Positions 8,624-16,391 of a DNA stretch of 24,615 bases are shown here, one piece after another. Under the pieces are notes generated by a model. It saw nothing but the letters and a program-made list of their open reading frames with translations, made no database searches and had not been told where the DNA came from. Position 1 is the stretch's first letter. Every line of letters starts with the position of its first letter. The position numbers and the translations under genes are program-made. Origin of the DNA: a virus (lineage: Duplodnaviria; Caudoviricetes). The stretch is taken from IMG/VR virus record IMGVR_UViG_3300033067_000529, positions 1 to 24,615 of that record; one strand, 5' to 3'.

Positions 8624-9471
8624 ATGCAGCAGCTAAAAAATACTTCTCACAATACCATAAGTTCCAGCTAAACCGTGAGGCGTACTGGGCACCAAAACTA
8701 TTTACTGCACTCAGAAAACAATACCAGGAATTTCTTACCAGTTACAAAGCAACCCGAAATACAGACATATCCTTGTTAGCAATATCTTCAGCGCCTATCA
8801 TTGCGGTACTGAAGCCATTATACCTTGATGCCGGGGTTCATTACGGGTCGTTGGTATATTCACAGTTACCGAAAGCCCCCGGTAAATCACGCAAGTTCTT
8901 TCAGGGCGATATTGAAACCAAACGCCGTGCGCCGATAGGGTTTAACCAGCAAATGATTGATCTTATAAACGCATATTTCGAGGGGGATATACTGAATACC
9001 AGTGAAGGGATCACAGATACTACCCGTGATGTTATTCGTGTGGTGATGCAGGTAGCGAATGAAGAGGGCAGAGATTTGCAGTGGATAGAAGATCAGTTAG
9101 TAAAAGAATCTTACGATCTCACCCGTAACCGATCCCGGCTTATTGCCCGTACTGAAACTGTTACCGCAACGAATAGGGCCGCTTTCTTTGCTGCGGCTAA
9201 AACTGGCTTAAAGATGCAGAAAGAATGGCTGAGTGCCGGTGATAACCGTGTAAGGCCAGACCATGCGCAGGTATCCGGTAGCCGTATTGATATGCTCGAT
9301 TACTTCAATGTTGGCGGGGTGTATATGTTGATACCTGGTGCAAAGATGCAACAGAACGGACTTGAAACACCGGCAAAAGAAGTATGTAATTGCAGGTGCG
9401 TTGTGCTGTATATCCCAGTGCGTGTTAATGGCAGGTTGGTGGAGTGGGATTATCAGTTGCAGGGGGCGTAA
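8620..9471 (+). CDS. Minor head / head morphogenesis protein (Mu gpF/SPP1 gp7-like)
   Basis: RLIARTET, KEWLSAGDNRVRPDH and NCRC motifs. Confidence 0.9.
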   Translation: MNAAAKKYFSQYHKFQLNREAYWAPKLFTALRKQYQEFLTSYKATRNTDISLLAISSAPIIAVLKPLYLDAGVHYGSLVYSQLPKAPGKSRKFFQGDIETKRRAPIGFNQQMIDLINAYFEGDILNTSEGITDTTRDVIRVVMQVANEEGRDLQWIEDQLVKESYDLTRNRSRLIARTETVTATNRAAFFAAAKTGLKMQKEWLSAGDNRVRPDHAQVSGSRIDMLDYFNVGGVYMLIPGAKMQQNGLETPAKEVCNCRCVVLYIPVRVNGRLVEWDYQLQGA

Positions 9472-9618
9472 AACAGGCTCTGTTGCAGCAAGAAGCTATA
9501 TACATCATTCTGCATAACGATATTAACCACTTGCTGCCCGGCGGGAACATAGCCATCAACCCTTAGTGCCGGTTTGTAAGATATCCTCAGGTTTGCAGTA
9601 TCCCTACTTTTTCCTACC
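9472..9618 (-). ncRNA. Candidate structured ncRNA
   Basis: Lies downstream of a perfect minus-strand promoter. It has a long hairpin whose inner helices pair only on the minus strand (G-U pairs) and no credible ORF. Confidence 0.45.
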
Positions 9619-9622
9619 GATG

Positions 9623-9653
9623 CAAATTTATATCACTCTTCCCACCCCTCAAA
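9623..9653 (-). promoter_or_regulatory. Consensus Bacteroidota sigma-A promoter (antisense orientation)
   Basis: Minus strand TTTG (9653-9650), 19 nt, then TAAATTTG (9630-9623), an exact TTTG-N19-TAnnTTTG match. Confidence 0.75.
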
Positions 9654-9657
9654 AAAT

Positions 9658-9693
9658 AAATTTGCAACATTGTTGCATTTATTTATATCTTTA
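9658..9693 (+). promoter_or_regulatory. Palindromic operator-like site plus putative late promoter for the protease/MCP operon
   Basis: TGCAACA-T-TGTTGCA at 9663-9677. The 20-mer recurs at 13686. TATCTTTA -7-like box at 9686-9693. Confidence 0.55.
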
Positions 9694-9697
9694 TGGC

Positions 9698-10453
9698 GTG
9701 AAGCCAATTTTTTCCTACAAGTCCGGTATAATACCAGCAGCGATAAAAGATGTCGATGGTAAAAAAGGTATTGTTACAGGTTACTTCTCTTCATTTGACA
9801 ATGTTGATTCAGACGGTGATATTATTCGCAAAGGCGCTTTTACAAAATCTATACAGGAATGGGGCCCGGCATCAGCTACCCCACGTATTAAGCACTTGAT
9901 GAATCATAACTCTTCGCAGCCGTTGGGCAAGATCACAATGCTTTGCGAGGATACAAAAGGGCTTTGTTATGAATCACAGGTAGGTACTCACACGCTTGGC
10001 CAAGACTTTGTAAAGATGGTTGAATCAAATTTGATCACCGAACATAGTATCGGGTATCAAACAATGAAGCGTAACCAATTGCAGGATTTTGACGGGTATA
10101 TGAAAAATCCATCCGGCGGTTGGTATGAACTTACTGACCTGAAACTTTACGAGGGATCATCATTGACCGCATGGGGCGCAAATCCTAACACCCCGCTAAC
10201 CGGGATGAAAAAAGAAAATAAAGAAGAGGTATTGCAGGCGCTTATCAACAGGCAGAAAAACCTGGATAAGTTTTGCCGCAACACAACAGCGAGCGATGAG
10301 ACAGTGGAACTTCTTTTGATTGAATGTAAGCAATTAACTCAAAATATAATTGAACTCACCGAGCAGGTTAAAGACACCACTCCGCAAGAGGAAGGTAATT
10401 TGAGCGTATTTGCGCAAGGGATCACAAACTTTAAAAACTCATTAAAAAATTAA
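9698..10453 (+). CDS. HK97-family prohead protease (likely GTG start at 9698)
   Basis: GIVTGYFSSFDNVDSDGDII.KGAF, HLMNH, EHSIGY and LYEGS....GANP. The upstream extension to 9566 crosses promoter sequence. Confidence 0.9.
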   Translation: MKPIFSYKSGIIPAAIKDVDGKKGIVTGYFSSFDNVDSDGDIIRKGAFTKSIQEWGPASATPRIKHLMNHNSSQPLGKITMLCEDTKGLCYESQVGTHTLGQDFVKMVESNLITEHSIGYQTMKRNQLQDFDGYMKNPSGGWYELTDLKLYEGSSLTAWGANPNTPLTGMKKENKEEVLQALINRQKNLDKFCRNTTASDETVELLLIECKQLTQNIIELTEQVKDTTPQEEGNLSVFAQGITNFKNSLKN

Positions 10454-10455
10454 TA

Positions 10456-11709
10456 ATGGCAAAAAAACTGGATACCCCGGAAGCTATCGAAACGGAGCTG
10501 AAGGAAATCGAAACCGGCCTTATGACAAAGGCTGAGACCGCTATCGGTAAAGTTAAGACCGATATTGAAACCGAATTAAAAACCATCAAAGAAACTGTGG
10601 AAGCGATAAAAACGCTCCCGGCAGATTTTGACGCTGCAAAGGTTATGAAAGACCTTGCTGCAACGATTGAAGGGTTTGACGCTTTCCAGGCTAAATACCT
10701 TGGTGGCCAAAAATCAAAAAAAGACGTGTTATCGCTTAAAGATGCTATCGGTAAAGCGATGGAAGCAATGAGTGAGAATGATATCAAGGGAATGCTGAAC
10801 AACAAGAGCACAAATGTTATCGTTCCTTTGGGAGCCGTTGATATGTCAATCGACTGGAAAGAAGCAGAGCAGGATGAGAAAATGCAGCGTAAAACTGACA
10901 TGATCCTGTCCAACTCGCTTACCGGCACAACCGTGCTGACTTACAATCAGCGCCAGGCGATCATACCCGCTCAGAAATTCAACCTCCGTGAAGTAACGCC
11001 TACCGTTCAGAGCCCTACCGGCCAGTATGTAACGTACAGCGAGAATACCGGGGCGAGCAATAACATTGCCGCACAAACTGAAGGATCAAGCAAAGGAAAC
11101 AATGCTTATGCTTTCACCGCTGCTACGCTGACAAACCCGTACATTGCTGGTTACAGCCGTTTCAGTAAGCAGTTACTGAAATTCCTGCCGTTCATGCAGA
11201 ATACACTCAGCCGTATGTTGATGCGTGATTATTTCAAAAAGGAAAACGCCGCAGGCATGGTGGTACTGGCAACTGGTACCGGCCCGACAACAATGGGATC
11301 GAGCGCATCGGATGTGCTGCAGATCATTAACCTGATCGGTGGTTTTGCCAATACCGATTACAGCCCCTCATACGCACTGATCAACTGGTCATTGTGGAGC
11401 AGGCTGGTTGCTTTGACATTTGGTGCTGGTTACTATGCAGGCGCAGGCTTGGTAGTGTTCTCAGGAAACCAGTTAAGCATCGGTGGCATTCCGATCATCC
11501 CGGCGTCATGGGTAACAGCAAATAAGTGCTGCCTGGTTGATGCAGATTACCTGGAAAGGGTTGAAGTTGAAGGTTTAAACCTTGCTTTCTCTTATGAGGA
11601 TGCAGACAATTTCACAAAGAACCTGATTACAGCAAGGATCGAGTGTCAGACAGCATTCAACCTTATGCGTACAGACGCAGTTTGCTACGCTGATTTGGGA
11701 TCTTCATAA
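10456..11709 (+). CDS. Major capsid protein (HK97 fold, N-terminal delta domain)
   Basis: Follows the protease. Coiled-coil N-terminus, EGSSK, IAGYSRFSKQLL and DNFTKNLITARIECQ. A strong terminator follows. Confidence 0.92.
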   Translation: MAKKLDTPEAIETELKEIETGLMTKAETAIGKVKTDIETELKTIKETVEAIKTLPADFDAAKVMKDLAATIEGFDAFQAKYLGGQKSKKDVLSLKDAIGKAMEAMSENDIKGMLNNKSTNVIVPLGAVDMSIDWKEAEQDEKMQRKTDMILSNSLTGTTVLTYNQRQAIIPAQKFNLREVTPTVQSPTGQYVTYSENTGASNNIAAQTEGSSKGNNAYAFTAATLTNPYIAGYSRFSKQLLKFLPFMQNTLSRMLMRDYFKKENAAGMVVLATGTGPTTMGSSASDVLQIINLIGGFANTDYSPSYALINWSLWSRLVALTFGAGYYAGAGLVVFSGNQLSIGGIPIIPASWVTANKCCLVDADYLERVEVEGLNLAFSYEDADNFTKNLITARIECQTAFNLMRTDAVCYADLGSS

Positions 11710-11734
11710 TTGCTGATCGTTAGTTAATAATAAT

Positions 11735-11764
11735 GGCCCCGTCCTGTATTGGGCGGGGTTTTTT
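11735..11764 (+). terminator. Rho-independent terminator after MCP
   Basis: GGCCCCGTCC-TGTATT-GGGCGGGGTT followed by TTTT. Confidence 0.85.
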
Positions 11765-11775
11765 AATTCTTTGCA

Positions 11776-12375
11776 ATGTCTATACTATTTCAAGGATCAG
11801 ATACTTTAAATCACCAGGTGCCATATAACGCTACCCTTGACCGGGTATTTACCGACGGCACAGTAACAGAGCCAGTTACACTACAACAGGCAAAAGACTG
11901 GTGCAAGATTGATACCGGTACAGTTGATGACACTATTGTTTCCTACCTGATCACTACCGCCCGGCAACAATGTGAGGATTTTACAGGTCTATCCCTTATA
12001 CCACGGACAGTTGAAGTTGTTATAAATAATGGATGCGGCGGTATATTCCTGCCGTATGGCCCTTTCAAAAGTCTCACCAGTATAAAAGATAGCAACGGGG
12101 ATGATATACCCACAGATCAATACAAATTATCAGGTACACAGTTTCCGCAGTTATTATACCCGAAATGGTATAATATGACGCTTGTGTATGTAGCCGGTTA
12201 CGGATCTACCGAATGGCCTTTACCACAGGAAATAAAAACCGCTATACTTGAGCAGGTATTTTACCTGTATCAAAACAGAGGAGAAACTGCTTTGGCCTCA
12301 AGGGATGGATCTGTAGTTATGACAACATTATCACCGCAGGCAAGATCAACCTTAAACAGAATAAAGCGTGTTTAA
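11776..12375 (+). CDS. Head-tail connector (gp6-like)
   Basis: EPVTLQQAKDWCKID..DD..V.YLITTARQQCE and P.EIKTAIL...YLYQNRG. Confidence 0.88.
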   Translation: MSILFQGSDTLNHQVPYNATLDRVFTDGTVTEPVTLQQAKDWCKIDTGTVDDTIVSYLITTARQQCEDFTGLSLIPRTVEVVINNGCGGIFLPYGPFKSLTSIKDSNGDDIPTDQYKLSGTQFPQLLYPKWYNMTLVYVAGYGSTEWPLPQEIKTAILEQVFYLYQNRGETALASRDGSVVMTTLSPQARSTLNRIKRV

Positions 12376-12413
12376 TCCATCTGAACTTAATAGGAGAATA
12401 TCTGCAAGGGCTT
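12356..12413 (+). repeat. 58-bp perfect inverted repeat, copy 1
   Basis: ACAGAATAAAGCGTGTTTAATCCATCTGAACTTAATAGGAGAATATCTGCAAGGGCTT is the reverse complement of 15010-15067. Confidence 0.95.
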
Positions 12414-12709
12414 ACGATTTCACTAAAGCCACAGGAGGCGGGCTAATACCTGTATTGGTTGAAACTATTGATACCTGGGCAAAGATTGAGCAGTTAAGCG
12501 GATCTACCGATACAACACAATCTCAGCAGCAGAGCAATGCACAGTACCGGGTTACAATCAGGTACAGGGCGCAGATAAACGAGAACTGGTTATTTGTTTA
12601 TGAGGGATTGGTCTTGAAGATATCGCAACTGCAGGTTGATAATCCGGCGTATAAAAGATATTGGATAGCGTATTGCACAACAACAAACCAACTATCTGAC
12701 TGGTCATAA
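12368..12709 (+). CDS. Head closure / head-tail adaptor (SPP1 gp16-like)
   Basis: GTG start. LNRRI, TWAKIE and YRVTIRYR motifs, plus synteny. Confidence 0.85.
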   Translation: MFNPSELNRRISARAYDFTKATGGGLIPVLVETIDTWAKIEQLSGSTDTTQSQQQSNAQYRVTIRYRAQINENWLFVYEGLVLKISQLQVDNPAYKRYWIAYCTTTNQLSDWS

Positions 12710-13251
12710 TGGGAGCGATAACATTCGATATAAAAGGACTTGATGCAACACTGGCTGAAATAAAAGCCTACCCACAGGATATTGAGAGGATAATTAATAA
12801 TGAGTTCAAAGCGTTTGGGGTGCAGGTGGTAAATGACGCAAGGGTTAACGCACCGGTAAATGAAGGTTTATTGAGAGAGAGTATAAGCTCACAGGTTACA
12901 CCTCTACAGGTTTCAATATCGGTTAATGTTGATTATGCAGCATACTTGGAGTTCGGTACAAAGTCATTCGCAGCGGCCTATGTAGCTACGCTACCACAAG
13001 ATTGGCAAACATTCGCAGCGCAGTATAAAGGATCATCGGGGGGGACGTTTCAGGAGTTGGTTATGAGGATAAAGAAGTGGGTACAATTAAAAGGTTTGGC
13101 GAGTGGTAAGGATATCGACAGTGCAGCTTATCTGATTGCACGAAAAATAGTGAGAGACGGCATCCGCCCTCACCCATACTTATACCCGGCCTTTGAAAAG
13201 AATAAAATTGAATTGATTAAAAACTTAAAAGCACAACTGAATGCTAAGTAG
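12709..13251 (+). CDS. HK97 gp10-family neck protein
   Basis: APVNEGLLRESI, YAAYLEFGT and PHPYLYPAF. Confidence 0.88.
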   Translation: MGAITFDIKGLDATLAEIKAYPQDIERIINNEFKAFGVQVVNDARVNAPVNEGLLRESISSQVTPLQVSISVNVDYAAYLEFGTKSFAAAYVATLPQDWQTFAAQYKGSSGGTFQELVMRIKKWVQLKGLASGKDIDSAAYLIARKIVRDGIRPHPYLYPAFEKNKIELIKNLKAQLNAK

Positions 13252-13684
13252 TAACCTGGAACTACGGATGGCTTACAACACAGCCTTAAGTACTATACAG
13301 TACAACGGATCACCGGTGCCTGTGTATTGGCAGCAGTTACCAACTACGGTGCAGGCGGGGTTATATATCATTTTCGGGCAGATCAGGAATAATGACAACA
13401 GCAATAAAACATCGGCAGTTACCCAAACATCTGTAACGGTATCTGTATTTACAAACAGCTTAAAGTATAACGATGGGGTAGCGGTGGAGGCGGTAGCAAA
13501 TGAGGTAATGAACCGGATACTGCCGACAACTACATTCAAACTGCCGTTGAATAGCCAGTTTTTCAATATCGTAACCACCACTTTGCAGTCTGACAACACG
13601 CAGGACTTCAGCCAGGTGAACCAAAACGTGTATATAGACCGGATTTTAACATTCAGCCATTTGATTGCGCAGAATGTGTCATAA
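13241..13684 (+). CDS. Tail completion/terminator protein (DUF3168-like)
   Basis: Position between gp10 and the tube gene, size, and the motifs YIIFGQ and VTVSVFT. Confidence 0.7.
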   Translation: MLSSNLELRMAYNTALSTIQYNGSPVPVYWQQLPTTVQAGLYIIFGQIRNNDNSNKTSAVTQTSVTVSVFTNSLKYNDGVAVEAVANEVMNRILPTTTFKLPLNSQFFNIVTTTLQSDNTQDFSQVNQNVYIDRILTFSHLIAQNVS

Positions 13685-13685
13685 A

Positions 13686-13722
13686 AAATTTGCAACATTG
13701 TTACAAAAAATATTTATCTTAC
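13686..13722 (+). promoter_or_regulatory. Second copy of the operator-like palindrome / putative tail-tube promoter
   Basis: AAATTTGCAACATTGTTACA at 13686-13705 is 19/20 identical to 9658-9677. TATCTTAC at 13715-13722. Confidence 0.55.
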
Positions 13723-13740
13723 AATCTAAAATAATACAAC

Positions 13741-14178
13741 ATGGGAACTCGTAGACCATTAAACGGTAATGATATTGTACTTGCGCTCGATCCTGCGGGT
13801 GGTACTAATTATACATTGCTTGTGTGTTTGGAATCAAACTCAATAGCCAGCACCACAGCGGTTATTGATGCAAGCTCAAAGTGCGGCCCGTACAAACTGC
13901 CGGGTATAACCGATAACAAGGTAGCCCTTGCACTTGTGGATTGGGTTGATACCACGAACACAGAGTTAAGCTCGTACGATCTATTTCAGTTACAACAGGC
14001 TAAAACTACCGTTGGTTGGAAGTACGGTAAAGTATCTCCCGCTGCCGGTGACGTTACTTATACCGGTGTTGGTTTTTTAGCCAACTGGAATAATGTATCA
14101 GCACAGAACCAGGCGGTGAAAACTACCTGCGACCTTGAAGTACAGGGCACAATAACAGCAACAAGAACCGGATCGTAA
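13741..14178 (+). CDS. Major tail tube protein
   Basis: 145 aa with LNGNDIVL, IDASSKC, YTGVGFL and a C-terminal QGTIT, in the TP901-1/lambda-like tube pattern. Synteny agrees. Confidence 0.8.
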   Translation: MGTRRPLNGNDIVLALDPAGGTNYTLLVCLESNSIASTTAVIDASSKCGPYKLPGITDNKVALALVDWVDTTNTELSSYDLFQLQQAKTTVGWKYGKVSPAAGDVTYTGVGFLANWNNVSAQNQAVKTTCDLEVQGTITATRTGS

Positions 14179-14179
14179 T

Positions 14180-14515
14180 ATGAGCTACATACAAGTTGAA
14201 ATCGGTGGCAAATTGCGTGGGTTGAAGTTCAACCAGGGCGCTCATGCGGAGATAGCTGCTATCGTCGGCGAAAGTACTAACGCTGTATTTGCCGGGTATG
14301 CTGTAGTTTATGGCGGGTTGGTTGCAAATTCTTATATCAAGCGTGAGGAGCCTGATTTTACCTTCGAGGATGTTTGCGATTGGTCAGAGAAAATATCAAT
14401 CGAGGATATGACAGCGATATCAGAGTGTTATAAATCAACGCTTGCATTCCTTCAGGATGTACCAGCGGAGCCTGAGGATGATAAAAAAAAACTACCGGAC
14501 GAGAATATAAGTTAA
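14180..14515 (+). CDS. Tail assembly chaperone (G)
   Basis: Lies between the tube gene and TMP. Begins IEIGGKLRGLKF and has an acidic-KKK tail over an A9 run. Confidence 0.8.
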   Translation: MSYIQVEIGGKLRGLKFNQGAHAEIAAIVGESTNAVFAGYAVVYGGLVANSYIKREEPDFTFEDVCDWSEKISIEDMTAISECYKSTLAFLQDVPAEPEDDKKKLPDENIS

Positions 14516-14799
14516 GGTGTTTGGAGATCGCTTTGGGTATGCTTGGCTGGTCTCCGTTTGAATATCATACAAGTAGCCCATGTGAGTTTTATTATGCTTG
14601 CAAGGGCTATTTTAGTAAAGAGGAAAACCGAATGCTGATTATGCGTAAGGTAGCTTTTGCGGCGGTTGCTCCTTATATAAATGATGGCGATTTTGAAAGT
14701 TTTTGGCCTTACGGTAATAACGAAATTAAAACACCATCATTCGCAGAAACACCAAAGGAAATGATTGCAGATATTTTAAAAGCCTGGAATATTAAATGA
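14491..14799 (+). CDS. Tail assembly chaperone GT extension (-1 frameshift product)
   Basis: The -1 frame from the A9 run reads TTGREYKLRCLEIALGMLGWSPFEY... without a stop until 14799. Confidence 0.75.
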   Translation, partial: TTGREYKLRCLEIALGMLGWSPFEYHTSSPCEFYYACKGYFSKEENRMLIMRKVAFAAVAPYINDGDFESFWPYGNNEIKTPSFAETPKEMIADILKAWNIK

Positions 14800-16391
14800 G
14801 CAATGAACCATTAAAAATAATTGTCGGGGCGGATATAAAGGAAGCCGAAGCGGGGTTAAAAGTTGTCCAGGCTGAGCTCGGTAAGACCGCTATTGCTGCA
14901 CAGAAAGCTGATTCATCGCTCGATGGTATTGGTAATGGTTTTGATGGTGTGGGCGCAAAGTCAAAACAGGCTGCAACTTCGATGGACGGGCTTAGCAAAA
15001 CAACATCAAAAGCCCTTGCAGATATTCTCCTATTAAGTTCAGATGGATTAAACACGCTTTATTCTGTAGCCGCTGCATTTGAAGGGTTAGGCTCACAGTT
15101 ATTACAGGGTGGCATATTAATAGCTATCCCAATAATTATCGCCGGTTTATCTGAGCTCGGAGATGCTTTATTCGGAGTTTCCCAGCAACAGAAAGCGTTT
15201 AATGATGTACTTGAATCTTCATCCAAAAGTTTTATAGAAGCTAATACTGCAATAAGCGAATTACGCATACAGGGCGAGCTTTTAAGTAAAGGGATAGGAG
15301 ATCAGGACGCCTTTTTAAAACACTACAACGAAACGCTTGGTAAAACAATCGGAGAAACTGATAACCTGGCAACAGCCGAAAAGAATTTAGTAAAGTTTGG
15401 TGATAAGTATATACAATTAATGTTTCTTAAAGCTGTCGCAAATAATGCGTTTGCGAAGTCTGGTCAATTAGTGTTTGAATCACTTGCTTTGCAACAGCAG
15501 GGTGGTGATATACCTGAGTGGGCTCTAAAGATAAGATTAAAAGAATTACAAGAGCAAATACAAATTCTAAATAATTTAGCGGTAAATGCTCAAAAACTTG
15601 CAGCAGTTGTATCAAATGATTTACCTCAGAAAGTTGGCGCAGGACTATCCGGACTAAATGGCGGTAAGGGTTTTGATGTTGATGTTGATGTTAAAATAGT
15701 ACCAAAGGTTAAAATAAAAAAACAGGATGTAAAAGATTTTGAATATAAGTATAAAGCATCGCTTGCAGATTCAATTACATCAGAGAATACTAAAGAACCT
15801 TTTGAACCAGAGATAGTAATAAAATCTCACCTGAAATTTGAAAATCCGTTTGAAGAAATACAGAAAAATGCTATCGCTACAAATGAAATAATAAAAAAGT
15901 CTTTTATATCATCATTTCAATCAATTGGGGAAAGTATTGCGGATGCGGTTTCGGGTAAAGGTAATATTTTTGGTAATATATTCTCAGGGATATTTAAAGC
16001 GCTTGGTGCAGGGCTTAAGCAACTCGGGGCATTCGCTATTGCTACCAGTAAGTTGATCATTGGTTTGAAAGCATCAATCGGTACATCACTTGGTATCGCA
16101 GGTGGTATCGCTTTAATTGCGCTCGGTTCAGTGATCAGCGCAGCGGCCTCAAAGCTAACACCTAAGTTCGCCATCGGTACCCGAGGTGCCCCCGGCGGAT
16201 CGACTTTGGTTGGTGAACGTGGCCCTGAGCTCCTCACCCTCCCCCGAGGCGCATCAATTACACCTAACGCACAACTGCGGGCATCAAACCCATTTGAAGC
16301 ACTTGGCACATTGCAATTTGAAATACAGGGTACAAAATTGGTAACAGTACTTAACCGGGCTCAGGCTCAAAACTCAAGAAACGCCTGGTAA
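14796..16391 (+). CDS. Tape measure protein
   Basis: LKIIVGADIK N-terminus, Ala/Gly-rich helices and the C-terminal FAIGT...LVGERGPEL motif. It follows the chaperones. Confidence 0.85.
   Translation: MSNEPLKIIVGADIKEAEAGLKVVQAELGKTAIAAQKADSSLDGIGNGFDGVGAKSKQAATSMDGLSKTTSKALADILLLSSDGLNTLYSVAAAFEGLGSQLLQGGILIAIPIIIAGLSELGDALFGVSQQQKAFNDVLESSSKSFIEANTAISELRIQGELLSKGIGDQDAFLKHYNETLGKTIGETDNLATAEKNLVKFGDKYIQLMFLKAVANNAFAKSGQLVFESLALQQQGGDIPEWALKIRLKELQEQIQILNNLAVNAQKLAAVVSNDLPQKVGAGLSGLNGGKGFDVDVDVKIVPKVKIKKQDVKDFEYKYKASLADSITSENTKEPFEPEIVIKSHLKFENPFEEIQKNAIATNEIIKKSFISSFQSIGESIADAVSGKGNIFGNIFSGIFKALGAGLKQLGAFAIATSKLIIGLKASIGTSLGIAGGIALIALGSVISAAASKLTPKFAIGTRGAPGGSTLVGERGPELLTLPRGASITPNAQLRASNPFEALGTLQFEIQGTKLVTVLNRAQAQNSRNAW
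15010..15067 (-). repeat. 58-bp perfect inverted repeat, copy 2 (inside TMP)
   Basis: Reverse complement of 12356-12413. It explains why the minus-strand ORF at 15055 begins MFNPSELNRRISARA. Confidence 0.95.

Noticed and set aside
9427-9556. Minus-strand mini-ORF MAMFPPGSKW... under the antisense promoter
   Set aside because: Its start is buried in a stem, its composition is implausible and it overlaps the minor head gene. An RNA-structure explanation fits better.
9566-9697. N-terminal extension of the prohead protease in the ORF track
   Set aside because: It runs through divergent promoters and the palindrome, has implausible composition, and the protease motifs begin after GTG 9698.
10431-10928. 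Long antisense ORFs (also 4913-5305, 13273-13698, 15917-16309, 20090-20446, 22711-23217)
   Set aside because: They are shadows of well-supported plus-strand genes and have no recognisable motifs.
14792-15055. Minus-strand ORF beginning MFNPSELNRRISARA as a head-closure paralog
   Set aside because: Identity stops exactly at the 58-bp repeat boundary, and the rest is antisense TMP sequence.
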